Part shown: one piece after another, positions 19,592 through 29,798 of the stretch
Layout of the letters: the number at the start of each line of letters is the position of its first letter
Position numbering within the stretch: position 1 is the stretch's first letter
Assembly (NCBI GenBank): GCA_946536225.1
Contig: CAMNEE010000001.1
Location: 333,484 to 397,483 of the forward strand
DNA: 64,000 nucleotides
DNA from: an uncultured Bacillales bacterium
GTDB lineage: Bacteria > Bacillota_I > Bacilli_A > RF39 > UBA660
Direction: 5' to 3'
Notes under the pieces: generated by a model
What the model was told of the DNA's origin: nothing
What the model saw: only the letters and a program-made list of their open reading frames with translations
Database searches by the model: none
Program-made: the position numbers and the translations under genes

Positions 19592-21220
19592 ATGAAGAAA
19601 ATATATTTAATAGGATTTTTAATTGAACTATTAGTAATGAGTATTTTATATTATATGGCATTACCTGCAATGAATTTACATTCAACTGGTTTTTGGGCAT
19701 TTACTATATTTGCTTTATTACTATGGGGTTTTATTTGGACATTTATAAGATTAAGTCTAAATTTAGAAACATGTTTTGTTAAGAAAGGACGTAATTATAC
19801 TTTTAGAAAAACATCTAAAGGCAATAAATCATTTATACCATTTCTATTAGTTATAGTAATTGTAGCAGGTATATTGATTGTTAATTTATTCTGTTCACCA
19901 TTCTTTAATGCTAAATCTTACTCAAAGAGAATCGTGATAGATGAAACTGGAGACTTTATTAAAGACATTAAAGAAGTAGACTTTAATAGCCTACCTTTAC
20001 TTGACCGTGATTCAAGTGAGAAATTAGGAGACAGAGTAATGGGACAAATGAGTGATTTTGTATCTCAATACTATGTATCTAATCAATATACTCAAATAAA
20101 TTATAAAAACGATATTGTTAGAGTTACGCCTTTAGAATATGCTGACTTTATTAAATGGATATTTAATAGAAATGAAGGTGTAAAAGGATATATTAAAGTT
20201 AATTCAGTAAATGGTAATACTGAGTTAGTAAAACTAGAAAAGGGTATGAAATATATGCCATCTGCATACTTTAATGATAATCTTTATAGAAAGTTAAGAT
20301 TTAAATATCCAACTAAGATATTTGGAGAAGCTAAATTTGAAATTGATAATGAAGGAAAACCTTTCTGGATTGTTCCTACATATGGTTATATAGGTGTTGA
20401 ATGTAAGACTAAAGTAACAGGAGTTGTAATAATGGATCCAGTTACTGGAGAGTCTAAACTATATAAAATTGATAAAGTTCCTTCATGGGTAGATAATGCT
20501 TATAATGCTGAATTATTAATTGAACAAATTAATAACTGGGGTACTTATAGAGATGGATTCTTAAATAGTATATTTGGTCAAAAGAATGTTGTTAATACAA
20601 CAACTGGATATAACTATTTAGCAATGGATGATGATGTATATCTTTATACAGGTATTACATCTGTATTAAGTGATGAATCTAATCTTGGATTTATTCTTTC
20701 TAATATGAGAACAGGTAAGACTGTATTCTATTCAGTTCCTGGTGCTGAAGAGTATTCAGCTATGGCTTCTGCTGAGGGACAAGTTCAACAAATGAGTTAT
20801 GTTTCTACATTCCCATTATTAATTAATTTAAACAATAAACCAACATACCTTGTAAGCTTAAAAGATGCTGCTGGTTTAGTTAAAATGTATGGTTTTATAG
20901 ATGTAGCTGATTATCAAAAAGTAGTTGTTACAGACGCTTCTAGTGGCATTATAAAGGCATCTCAAAATTATTTAAACAAGTATGCTGATGAGATATCAGA
21001 AAGTCTACTTGTAACTAAGACTATTAAAGTTAAGAGAATTAGTAATGCTATTATAAATGGTAATACTTATTATTATATTACTGATAGTGATGATCATAGA
21101 TATAAGTTATCAATTGAATTAAGTGATACATTAGCATTTATAAGTGTTAATGATGAAATTAATATTGGTTACTATGAAACTGATAGTAGCATTATTGATG
21201 TAGTAAAAGTAATTAAATAA
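19592..21220 (+). CDS. Hypothetical membrane-anchored protein (N-terminal TM helices, large extracytoplasmic domain)
   Basis: AGGAGG RBS. N-terminal hydrophobic helices. 542 aa with no recognised motif. Confidence 0.45.
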   Translation: MKKIYLIGFLIELLVMSILYYMALPAMNLHSTGFWAFTIFALLLWGFIWTFIRLSLNLETCFVKKGRNYTFRKTSKGNKSFIPFLLVIVIVAGILIVNLFCSPFFNAKSYSKRIVIDETGDFIKDIKEVDFNSLPLLDRDSSEKLGDRVMGQMSDFVSQYYVSNQYTQINYKNDIVRVTPLEYADFIKWIFNRNEGVKGYIKVNSVNGNTELVKLEKGMKYMPSAYFNDNLYRKLRFKYPTKIFGEAKFEIDNEGKPFWIVPTYGYIGVECKTKVTGVVIMDPVTGESKLYKIDKVPSWVDNAYNAELLIEQINNWGTYRDGFLNSIFGQKNVVNTTTGYNYLAMDDDVYLYTGITSVLSDESNLGFILSNMRTGKTVFYSVPGAEEYSAMASAEGQVQQMSYVSTFPLLINLNNKPTYLVSLKDAAGLVKMYGFIDVADYQKVVVTDASSGIIKASQNYLNKYADEISESLLVTKTIKVKRISNAIINGNTYYYITDSDDHRYKLSIELSDTLAFISVNDEINIGYYETDSSIIDVVKVIK

Positions 21221-21221
21221 A

Positions 21222-21246
21222 AGTGAATCAAAAGATTCACTTTTTT
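21222..21246 (+). terminator. Rho-independent terminator
   Basis: agtgaatc-aaaa-gattcact followed by T-run. Confidence 0.6.
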
Positions 21247-21264
21247 AATGAATTAATAATTTGT

Positions 21265-21296
21265 TCAAAAAAAAGAATAGTTATGAACTATTCTTA
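21265..21296 (-). terminator. Terminator for pilB (convergent)
   Basis: Hairpin aagaatagtt / aactattctt. On the minus strand it is followed by a T-run (an A-run at 21265-21272 on plus). Confidence 0.5.
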
Positions 21297-23285
21297 TATT
21301 TTTGTTTCATTTTGAATTGTTTCTGCTGCTTTATCAAATATGCTTGCCATGTTATTAACTGGAGCACTTGGAGTTACTGGTGTAACTGGAGTAACCGGTT
21401 TAGCAGGAGTACTAGGAGTCACAGGAGTAACTGGATTAACTGGAGTACTTGGAGTCACAGGAGTAACTGGATTAACTGGAGTACTTGGAGTCACAGGAGT
21501 AACTGGATTAACTGGAGTAGCAGCAGGAGTACTTGGTGTTACAGGTTTAATTGGTGTAACTGGAGTACTAGGTGTACTTGGAGTACTCATAAGAGGAGAA
21601 CTACTTAAGAAATCTGGTAATTTATTTGCTTCTTTAGTAATTACATCTTCTTTCTTTTCTTCAACTGGTTTTGTGTTAGCAGGAGGAGCGGCTACTGGAG
21701 GAGTTGGAACTTTTGGTTCTTCCTTTTTTACTTCAGTAACAGGAGTTTTAACTTCTTCCTTCTTTTCAGAAATAGAGTTTATTTCAGCTGCTTCAAGTTG
21801 TTCTTGTAATCCAAGTTGAGTATCTGCTCCCAAGTCATCATCTAAGTCTATTAGTTTTAATACTTCATCGAATGATGTATCTCCGTGAAGACATTTTTCA
21901 AGTCCATCTTCAAGCATCGTTTTAGTTCCACCTTCACCATATACTATTTTTCTTAGTTCATGTTTACCAACATTACCTGTTATAGCATCTCTTACGGCTT
22001 GGTTAAGTAAAAGAACTTCATGTACTGCGATACGTCCTCGATAACCTTTAGAACATTCTTTACATCCAACTGGTTCGTATATTTCATTTACATCTTTACC
22101 AATTGTTTTCTTAAACATTTCTTTTTCATATTCTGTTGTTGGTCTTAGTTTTTTACATTTACTACATAGACGTCTTGCAAGTTTTTGTGAAACGATACCA
22201 GATAGAGCAGAACCTAATAGATATCTTTCAACATTCATATCTGTTAAACGTTCAATTGTATTAAGCGCGTTGTTTGTATGTATTGTACTTAATACTAAGT
22301 GACCAGTTATGGCTGATCTAACAGCTATACGTGCAGTTTCTTCATCACGAATCTCACCAATCATGATAATATCAGGGTCTTGACGTAAGATAGAACGTAG
22401 TACTGTTGCAAATGTAAGTCCTATATCAGAGTTAACCATTACTTGGTTAATACCTTCAATATTCATTTCTACTGGGTCTTCTACAGTGATTATATTAGTT
22501 TCTTCAGTATTAAGAGCTTGTAGTATAGAATATACTGTAGTAGATTTACCTGAACCAGTAGCACCTGTTACTAAGATGATACCATTTGGTAGGGACATCA
22601 TTCTCTTAATTTTTTCGATATTGTAATCTGATATATCTATATGTTCAATACCTTGATCTGACATTGTATAATCCATGATACGCATAACGACTTTTTCGCC
22701 AAGGTTAGTAGGTAAGACAGATACACGGATATCAATAGGTTGATCATTAATAGTTGTTCTTATGGCACCATCTTGAGGTACACGTGATTCAGTAATATTC
22801 ATACCTGAAATAATTTTTACACGTGTTACAAGATTTCTTTTAACATATAAAGGTACAATAGAGTAGTCATGTAATTTACCATCTATTCTTATTCTTATTT
22901 TTATACCTTCTTCAAATGGGTCCATATGAATATCGGAAACACCTTTATCAATTGCATCTAGTATTATTGAGTTTACTATATCAGTTATTGGGGTATTATT
23001 GTAATCAAAGGTAACCATGCCTGTTAATCCTGCTTCTTTAGTAGCAGCACCAGCACCAGCTGTAGCATTTGATAAATCTAATTCTTGTGCTTTAGGTTCA
23101 TCTCCAGGAAGAGCAGGAGCGTCTCCAGGTAGTTTTTGAGTAACTTCATTTCCAGGTAAAGCTGTGTTGTTAACTGGTTTTACTTCTTCAGGATTTCCTG
23201 GTAAACTAGCTGCATGTGCTTCTGTTGATGGTGCAACAGGTGTTACTGGAATATTTGTATTTTCTTTATTATCCATGATTATCAA
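21294..23285 (-). CDS. pilB: Type IV pilus / type II secretion assembly ATPase (PilB/GspE/ComGA family) with Pro/Thr-repeat C-terminal tail
   Basis: Walker A '[11 protein letters not shown]', Walker B '[13 protein letters not shown]', His box '[13 protein letters not shown]' and a tetracysteine motif 'CSKCKK...CKECSKG'. The C-terminal ~200 aa are low-complexity with ([12 protein letters not shown])n. Confidence 0.85.
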   Translation of the reverse strand: MIIMDNKENTNIPVTPVAPSTEAHAASLPGNPEEVKPVNNTALPGNEVTQKLPGDAPALPGDEPKAQELDLSNATAGAGAATKEAGLTGMVTFDYNNTPITDIVNSIILDAIDKGVSDIHMDPFEEGIKIRIRIDGKLHDYSIVPLYVKRNLVTRVKIISGMNITESRVPQDGAIRTTINDQPIDIRVSVLPTNLGEKVVMRIMDYTMSDQGIEHIDISDYNIEKIKRMMSLPNGIILVTGATGSGKSTTVYSILQALNTEETNIITVEDPVEMNIEGINQVMVNSDIGLTFATVLRSILRQDPDIIMIGEIRDEETARIAVRSAITGHLVLSTIHTNNALNTIERLTDMNVERYLLGSALSGIVSQKLARRLCSKCKKLRPTTEYEKEMFKKTIGKDVNEIYEPVGCKECSKGYRGRIAVHEVLLLNQAVRDAITGNVGKHELRKIVYGEGGTKTMLEDGLEKCLHGDTSFDEVLKLIDLDDDLGADTQLGLQEQLEAAEINSISEKKEEVKTPVTEVKKEEPKVPTPPVAAPPANTKPVEEKKEDVITKEANKLPDFLSSSPLMSTPSTPSTPVTPIKPVTPSTPAATPVNPVTPVTPSTPVNPVTPVTPSTPVNPVTPVTPSTPAKPVTPVTPVTPSAPVNNMASIFDKAAETIQNETKI
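21361..21590. repeat. Tandem 36-bp coding repeats (3 perfect plus degenerate flanking copies) encoding the [12 protein letters not shown] repeat of the PilB tail
   Basis: ggagtcacaggagtaactggattaactggagtactt repeats exactly at 21415, 21451 and 21487, with degenerate copies on either side. Confidence 0.8.
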
Positions 23286-23358
23286 CCCAATCTTATTTAT
23301 TCTATAAAAATTATATTAAATATAACAATAATAGTCAACAAACCTAAGGGTAAAAAAA

Positions 23359-23386
23359 CAAAATAAAAAGGAGTAATTATTTACTC
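23359..23386 (-). terminator. Terminator downstream of ponA (minus strand)
   Basis: aaaggagtaa-ttat-ttactccttt hairpin with a T-run on the minus strand. Confidence 0.5.
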
Positions 23387-23389
23387 CTT

Positions 23390-26300
23390 TTAGCATGTAC
23401 TTGCAATTTTTATTGTAGTTGTTGCTAGTATTGAATTATTATTTGATCTAAGTGCAAATTTTACTGTGTATGTTTTATTATCATCTTTTAATTGTGTTGT
23501 GTTTCCTGACTCATCATATACTGTTGCAGTAACACCATAGTTTGAGTCACCTGATATATCAGCACCATTTCTAGTAATATTTACTTTAGATGAAACATTT
23601 GAGCTTCCTATGTTTCTATAAGTTATATAGTTAACACATGAGTTTCCTTTAAAACTAATTGCATAGGAATCTTGAGGTCCAGATACTTTTGCAGTTATAC
23701 CAGATGATTGGTTACATCCAAATCTTTCGTATGAAGATTTAACTGTATAAGTAACTTCACCTGAGTCAACATTAACAGTCATCGAGTTATCAGTAGTAAA
23801 TCCAATTTCTGTTGTTCCCATCGAAGTAGTCTTATAAACTCTATAACCAAATTGTCCAAATACATTATTATTATAATCTATTCTTTGTTGTAAGTATTTA
23901 TCAGCCCAAGGTTTATAAATCTTTGAATCATTGAAGTATTTAGTTAACCAATCTACACTTATAGCATTAGGTGTATCTGCTTTATTCCATGAAAGATGAA
24001 CTTTATCACCACTCTTAGTAGCTGTTAAGTTAGATGGATTCTTTAAAGTAGCAAATCTTTCTGATTCTTCACTTGGAGCAGTACCATCTTTAAAGTAAGA
24101 TGTTTCTTTTAATTCACCAGGCGTACAAGCAGATGCTAATTTAACTGGCTCACTTTGTAATTCTATTGTAGCAGTTTCCACTGTATCAGGTTTCTTAAAT
24201 TTCTTAACAAGAGGATATTTATCAGTATCATATGATCTCATTATACCTTTAGTTAATGCTTTAGTAATTTCACGTCTTGCTTGACCACCTTCAGAGTTAG
24301 ATAACCAATATTCTTTAGTAATATTATCATAACCATACCAAGTTGAAATAGAGTAGTCAGGTGAATAAGCATTAGTCCATGAGTCACCTATGATATCTCC
24401 TTTAATACCTTTTGCTCTTACTTGAGCTTCATCAACTGTTGAAGTACCAGTTTTACCAGCTATATCAACACCACTGACTCTTCCTGTTGTAACATTACCA
24501 GAAGAAACAGCATACATTAATATATCATTTATTATGAAAGCAGTGTCTTCTGACATAACTTGTACTTTCTTAGGATTTACTTGGTATTTTTCACCAGTAT
24601 CTGTAAATTCTAGTGAAGTGAATGAATGAGGTTCAATATAAGTTCCACCTCTTGCAAAAGCAGCATAAGCAGCTGATGACATAAGTGGATTTGCACCATC
24701 CCAACCACCGATAGAAGTAGTCTCTAAGATTTTTCCTCCATCTTCAATTGGATACCATCCTAAGTTATTAGCAAATTCTTTCTTTTGTTCATTTGTTGTT
24801 TGTTGGAAAGTAAGTAGAGCAGGAATATTTCTTGATTGAGCAAGTGCTTCTTTAATAGTCATTATTCCTTTTAACTTATTATCCCAGTTTTTAATATGAC
24901 CACCTACAGTATAACCATAAGTATCATCTATTATTGTTTGGGAAGATCCCCAACCAAGATACTCAATTGCAGGACCATAGTCTAGTATTGGTTTTGCAGT
25001 AGAACCAGGGTGACGTTTAATTTGAGTAGCATAGTTAAGTGTACTTGCACTCTTCTTATTACGTCCAGCACCAATAGCTACTATTGAACCATCTCTAACA
25101 CTGGTAATTGCAATACCAGCTTGTACTACATCATTTTTCCATTTATAGGTAACTCCGTTTTCAACATCGTTAACTACATCTTGTCTAACCGGATCCATTG
25201 TTGTATAGATATTCATTGATACAGCATATGGATTTTGTTTTGTTCTATCTTTTACTTCTTGTACTACAGTATCTATAAATGGAATATATCTATTTATTCC
25301 ACTTGAAGTACCTTCAACTAGTAAATCTTTAATATTTACTTTTTTAGCTTCTTCGCATTCTTCTTTAGTTATATATCCATGTCTTTCCATAAGGTTTAGA
25401 ACTATATTTTTTCTTTGATCAGCTTTTTCTGGATAACTAAAAGGATTATAAGCACTAGGTGCTTGGAATAAACCAGCTATTAAAGCAGCTTCAGGTAGAG
25501 TAAGTTCTGATGTACTCTTACCAAAGTAAACTTTAGATGCTTGTTCAACACCATGTGCTGCACCTAGAAGAGGAATATTTACATAAAACTCTAATATTTC
25601 TTCTTTAGTATATTGTTTTTCAAGTACGAATACTGAAAGGTAAATATCAGTAAACTTTCTTATAATACCTGCAATACCACTATCAACTGTACTTGTTGCA
25701 GTAAGTTTTGAAACTTGCATGGTAAGGGTAGAACCACCACCAGCATCAGAGTGACCAACAAGTTGACCAAGAACAGCTTTAGTAAATCTCGCTAAGTCTA
25801 GTCCATTATGTTGGAAGAATCTTGAGTCTTCTGTTGCAACTATAGCATCAATTAATACTTCAGGTAATTCATCATAAGAAATAACCTCTCTGTTTTCAGC
25901 ACCAAGTCTTGCAAATTCATTACCATATATATCATACAGTACTGTAGAACTTGATGAATAAAGTTTTTCTTTTGATACTTCAGGAGCATGTATTACTACA
26001 TATCCTACAAATAGAATACCTAGAATACATCCTAGTATTAGAAGAATCATTATTATAATTAATAATTTATCTCTAAAAGTTCCATACTTTAATCTTTTCT
26101 TTAATCTTGTCATATCGAAAATCATCACCTTAAATCTATTTATTAAAAATATAAGTGGCCATAAATAAAACTTGCTCTTTTCGTATTTAAGTTTTGTATT
26201 AATCATTTCTGAATAATCATCATGACGCACAATTTCTTTTCGTTCTTGTTTATTATATCTTTTTTTCGTATCCTTTTTAAGAGTAGAAGCCTTTACTTTA

Positions 26301-26539
26301 CATTTTTTCGTATCCTCTTTATAAGGTTTCTTTTTTTGATTACCTTCAAGTACAACTAGTGTTTCTTTTTTAGGTAAAACAAATTGTTCTTGTTTTTTAA
26401 CTTTTGTTTTAATTTTTCTTTTTGTAGTAGAAGTAGTAGTTTTCTTTTTAGTACTTACTTTTACCTCTTTTACATTTTTTATATTAGATGTAGTCTTTGT
26501 TGTTTTTTTCTTTCTTCTTCGTCTCTTTGTTGTTGCCAT
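23390..26539 (-). CDS. ponA: Class A penicillin-binding protein 1A (transglycosylase/transpeptidase) with ~150-aa polybasic cytoplasmic N-terminal tail and C-terminal beta-domain extension
   Basis: GT51 motif 'EDSRFFQHNGLD', transpeptidase SxxK 'GSTAKP', and a TM helix 'LLIIIMILLILGCILGILFV'. The N-terminus is K/T/R-rich ('MATTKRRRRKKKTTK...'). Directly downstream of recU, as in Bacillus. Confidence 0.85.
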   Translation of the reverse strand: MATTKRRRRKKKTTKTTSNIKNVKEVKVSTKKKTTTSTTKRKIKTKVKKQEQFVLPKKETLVVLEGNQKKKPYKEDTKKCKVKASTLKKDTKKRYNKQERKEIVRHDDYSEMINTKLKYEKSKFYLWPLIFLINRFKVMIFDMTRLKKRLKYGTFRDKLLIIIMILLILGCILGILFVGYVVIHAPEVSKEKLYSSSSTVLYDIYGNEFARLGAENREVISYDELPEVLIDAIVATEDSRFFQHNGLDLARFTKAVLGQLVGHSDAGGGSTLTMQVSKLTATSTVDSGIAGIIRKFTDIYLSVFVLEKQYTKEEILEFYVNIPLLGAAHGVEQASKVYFGKSTSELTLPEAALIAGLFQAPSAYNPFSYPEKADQRKNIVLNLMERHGYITKEECEEAKKVNIKDLLVEGTSSGINRYIPFIDTVVQEVKDRTKQNPYAVSMNIYTTMDPVRQDVVNDVENGVTYKWKNDVVQAGIAITSVRDGSIVAIGAGRNKKSASTLNYATQIKRHPGSTAKPILDYGPAIEYLGWGSSQTIIDDTYGYTVGGHIKNWDNKLKGIMTIKEALAQSRNIPALLTFQQTTNEQKKEFANNLGWYPIEDGGKILETTSIGGWDGANPLMSSAAYAAFARGGTYIEPHSFTSLEFTDTGEKYQVNPKKVQVMSEDTAFIINDILMYAVSSGNVTTGRVSGVDIAGKTGTSTVDEAQVRAKGIKGDIIGDSWTNAYSPDYSISTWYGYDNITKEYWLSNSEGGQARREITKALTKGIMRSYDTDKYPLVKKFKKPDTVETATIELQSEPVKLASACTPGELKETSYFKDGTAPSEESERFATLKNPSNLTATKSGDKVHLSWNKADTPNAISVDWLTKYFNDSKIYKPWADKYLQQRIDYNNNVFGQFGYRVYKTTSMGTTEIGFTTDNSMTVNVDSGEVTYTVKSSYERFGCNQSSGITAKVSGPQDSYAISFKGNSCVNYITYRNIGSSNVSSKVNITRNGADISGDSNYGVTATVYDESGNTTQLKDDNKTYTVKFALRSNNNSILATTTIKIASTC

Positions 26540-26545
26540 ATAGTT

Positions 26546-27106
26546 TTACTCCTTAAAATATATGTTATCTAATACTTCTAAGTAGTCTAATCTTGGATTG
26601 ATTTTTTTAGTAACTATATATCCATGTTCTTTAATATATTCAAATGGAATACTTTTTCTTTCAAAATTATCAATAAAATTTATAATTACATTTCCATCTA
26701 GATAATAAACTTCATTATTCATACTTATTAATAAAAAGGTAATTCCTCCATGTTTTAATATACTTCTCATATGTTTAATTTGATGATCATGTATATTAGA
26801 AAGAGGAAACCTGGATTTTTCTTTAGTTTCTTTAGCATCAAAATCAATATATCTACCTTTATAAATACCATTGTAGTCTAGGGTAGAAGGAGATTCGAAA
26901 TAAGCTTCTGTTATTTTTCTTCCTTTTGATGTAAAACATGCATTAACTATTTTTATTGGTGTAGGTTTTTTATGGATATTAGCTTTATCAATTTCTAAGT
27001 AATAATTATTAGATAAATTAATTAGATTTTCTAAATCCATTCCACGATTAGCGTGTGTTGTATTTACTTTTGTATATTCTTTTTTTATATTACTGGGATA
27101 ACGCAT
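26546..27106 (-). CDS. recU: Holliday junction resolvase RecU
   Basis: Strong match to B. subtilis RecU ('KKPTPIKIVN', 'DYNGIYKGRYIDFDAKETK', 'HDHQIKHM'). recU-ponA synteny. Confidence 0.9.
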   Translation of the reverse strand: MRYPSNIKKEYTKVNTTHANRGMDLENLINLSNNYYLEIDKANIHKKPTPIKIVNACFTSKGRKITEAYFESPSTLDYNGIYKGRYIDFDAKETKEKSRFPLSNIHDHQIKHMRSILKHGGITFLLISMNNEVYYLDGNVIINFIDNFERKSIPFEYIKEHGYIVTKKINPRLDYLEVLDNIYFKE

Positions 27107-27228
27107 ATTCTCACCAATATAATTATAATATATGTTAGTAGTTTTTTCTATATCAAAAGATACTTTTATGCTATTTGCAAATAAGAGGTAATCATTATAT
27201 AATATCTTAAAGACGAAGGGATGAAACT

Positions 27229-27816
27229 ATGAAAATAACTAGTTCTAATTTAGAAACAATTGCTGTTAGAATGAGTCAATATCCAACTGATCATAGAGAT
27301 GAGTTTATGCTATGCGGAAGAAGTAATGTAGGTAAGAGTAGTTTTATTAATACCATATTAGGTAGAAAAAACTATGCTCATACTTCTGCAAAACCAGGTA
27401 AAACACAATCACTTAATTTCTATTTAATTAATGATGATTTTTATTTAGTAGATGTACCTGGATATGGATATGCTGATGTATCTAAAGAAAAACAACAAAA
27501 GTTTGGTTTAATGATAGAAGAATATATTAAAACTAGATCTAATCTAAGATGTGTATTCTTACTTGTAGATTTTAGACATAAACCTGATGAAAATGATTGT
27601 TTAATGTATAATTTCTTAAAATACTATGAAATACCAACCGTTGTAGTTGCAACTAAATTTGATAAAGTAAAACCATCTGTTAGAGATAAACAAGAAAAAA
27701 TATTAAAAGATACATTAAAACTACTACCTGATGATAAGCTTGTATTATTCTCAAGTGTTACTAAAAAAGGTAGAGAAGATGTATATGGCATATTGTCAAA
27801 TTATTTAAAGAAATAA
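27229..27816 (+). CDS. engB: Ribosome biogenesis GTPase EngB (YsxC/YihA)
   Basis: G1 'GRSNVGKSSFIN', 'DVPGYGY', and 195 aa. Confidence 0.85.
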   Translation: MKITSSNLETIAVRMSQYPTDHRDEFMLCGRSNVGKSSFINTILGRKNYAHTSAKPGKTQSLNFYLINDDFYLVDVPGYGYADVSKEKQQKFGLMIEEYIKTRSNLRCVFLLVDFRHKPDENDCLMYNFLKYYEIPTVVVATKFDKVKPSVRDKQEKILKDTLKLLPDDKLVLFSSVTKKGREDVYGILSNYLKK

Positions 27817-27817
27817 A

Positions 27818-27843
27818 GATAATAGTTTATATTATCTTTTTTT
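27818..27843 (+). terminator. Rho-independent terminator after engB
   Basis: agataat / attatct hairpin followed by T-run. Confidence 0.55.
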
Positions 27844-27869
27844 GTGTTAATATTAAGTTAGGTGATAGT

Positions 27870-28391
27870 ATGAAAAAGAATGGTTTTACATTAGTAGAAT
27901 TACTTGCTGTTTTAGTTATTTTAGGATTATTAATTACACTTGCAGTGCCTAATATATTAGGTGTATCTAAGAATGTTAAAGAAAAGAGTTATCAAACTAA
28001 GATTGAAATAATTGAAAATGCTGCAATTACATATACAAGTGATACAGTTAAAAAGAGTCTTCAAAATCTAAACGATACTGCTATGGTTGGATATTATTGG
28101 ATAAATGTTAGTAAAGATAGTGATGATAATAAGACTGTTAATGCTAAAGCTACAAAGGATGCAACACATATTTATCCAGCTAAAGTTTTTACTGTTCAAG
28201 AACTTGCTGATGCTCGTGAAATTGATTATGATGATGAAGATAACAAAAGTGTAATTAATCCAGTTAATAATAAATCTATTAATGCATGTAATGTTTATGT
28301 TTATTTAAAAAACAATCGTGTATATTCTGTATTTGATAGAGTAAATTGTAATAGTAAAGTTAAGAGTACAGCTGTTAGGCTAGAAAAATAA
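27870..28391 (+). CDS. Type IV prepilin / pseudopilin (class III signal peptide)
   Basis: N-terminus 'MKKNG|FTLVELLAVLVILGLLITLAV' has F+1, E+5 and a hydrophobic helix. 173 aa. Extended -10 TGTTAATAT at 27845-27853. Confidence 0.8.
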   Translation: MKKNGFTLVELLAVLVILGLLITLAVPNILGVSKNVKEKSYQTKIEIIENAAITYTSDTVKKSLQNLNDTAMVGYYWINVSKDSDDNKTVNAKATKDATHIYPAKVFTVQELADAREIDYDDEDNKSVINPVNNKSINACNVYVYLKNNRVYSVFDRVNCNSKVKSTAVRLEK

Positions 28392-28487
28392 TTTTGAATT
28401 TTATAAACACGCTTCCAAAGGGTCTAAATGTTGATATTTAGGCTCTTTTATGTTATCATAAATTGACTTAATGAAGGGGTGAAGAAC

Positions 28488-29798
28488 ATGAGAAAAACTG
28501 TTTGTTTAGTTGGAAGACCTAACACTGGAAAATCTTCTTTATTTAATAGAATGGTTATGCAAAATAAAGCTATTATTTCTGATATAGCTGGTACTACTCG
28601 TGATAGACTATATGGTATTTGTTATCATAAAGATAAATCTTTTAATGTTATTGATACAGGTGGTATAGATTTAGAACATGCAGACTTTAATACTAATATT
28701 AAAATGCAAGCTCAACTTGCTATAGATGAAGCTGATGTAATAGTATTTGTTGTTGATGGTAAAGAAGACTTAACTCAAAATGACTTTGCTGTTCGTAATA
28801 TGCTTTTAAGAACTGATAAAAAGGTAGTAGTAGCTATTAATAAAATAGATAATCCTGAAAGAGAAGATAATATTTATAACTTCTATGAATTAGGATTTGA
28901 ACATATGGTTACCATCTCAGTTGAACATAAAAGACATATTGAAGAATTACTTGATATGATTACTGAAGACTTTGGTCCTTATACTACAGAACCAAGAGAT
29001 GAAGTATGTAGATTCTCGCTTATTGGTAGACCTAATGTTGGTAAGTCTTCACTTGTTAATGCTATTCTTGGTGAAGATAGACAAATTGTAAGTGATGTTG
29101 AAGGTACTACAAGAGATGCAAGTGATTCTAAGTTTACTTATAATAAACAAGACTATGTTGTTGTTGATACAGCAGGTATGAGAAAACGTGGAAAGATATA
29201 TGAAGACTTAGAGAAGTATTCTATTATAAGAGGACTAAGAGCAATTGAAAGAAGTGACGTTTGTTGCGTTTTAATAGATGCGTCTGTTGGTATTATTGAA
29301 CAAGATAAACATATCGTACAAATTGCTTTGGAAAATAATAAAGCCATAGTACTTGTTGTTAATAAATGGGATACCGTTAAGAATAAAGATCAAGCTTTAA
29401 AAGAATGGAAACAAAAAATAGAAAAAGAATTTCAATTTATTCCATATGTTAGAACAGTATTCTTAAGTGCTAAAGAAAGAACTAAGATAAATGATTTAAT
29501 GGAAGCTATTATTAAAGCATATGAATCATATACTAAAGAAGTTAAAACTAGTACTTTAAATGATATTGTTAATGATGCTTATGCTCTTCATATGGCTCCA
29601 AGTTATAAGAAGAGAAGACTTAAAATATACTTTGTAACTCAAACTGATATTTGCCCTCCAAGATTTACTTTTAATGTAAATAGTAAAGGATTAGTACATT
29701 TTAGTTATAAGAGATATTTAGAAAATCAAATAAGAGCTAATATAGATTTAGAAGGAACACCTATCGTTATACAATTTAAGAATAAAGGTGATGAATAA
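28488..29798 (+). CDS. der: Ribosome-associated GTPase Der (EngA), double GTPase
   Basis: Two G domains, 'VGRPNTGKSSLFN' and 'IGRPNVGKSSLVN', plus a KH-like C-terminus. ATG 28488 lies 5 nt after GAAGGGGTGA; the track start at 28479 is GTG. Confidence 0.9.
   Translation: MRKTVCLVGRPNTGKSSLFNRMVMQNKAIISDIAGTTRDRLYGICYHKDKSFNVIDTGGIDLEHADFNTNIKMQAQLAIDEADVIVFVVDGKEDLTQNDFAVRNMLLRTDKKVVVAINKIDNPEREDNIYNFYELGFEHMVTISVEHKRHIEELLDMITEDFGPYTTEPRDEVCRFSLIGRPNVGKSSLVNAILGEDRQIVSDVEGTTRDASDSKFTYNKQDYVVVDTAGMRKRGKIYEDLEKYSIIRGLRAIERSDVCCVLIDASVGIIEQDKHIVQIALENNKAIVLVVNKWDTVKNKDQALKEWKQKIEKEFQFIPYVRTVFLSAKERTKINDLMEAIIKAYESYTKEVKTSTLNDIVNDAYALHMAPSYKKRRLKIYFVTQTDICPPRFTFNVNSKGLVHFSYKRYLENQIRANIDLEGTPIVIQFKNKGDE

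Noticed and set aside
21361-21590. Possible CRISPR array at the 36-bp repeats
   Set aside because: The repeats are directly contiguous with no spacers. They lie in frame inside pilB and encode a peptide repeat. There are no cas genes.
21261-21819. Two + strand ORFs (115 and 159 aa) rich in 'TGVTG' and '[10 protein letters not shown]' repeats
   Set aside because: They are the antisense or alternative-frame reading of the pilB Pro/Thr repeat region. The repetitive sequence keeps frames open. There is no RBS, and pilB on the minus strand has clear catalytic motifs.
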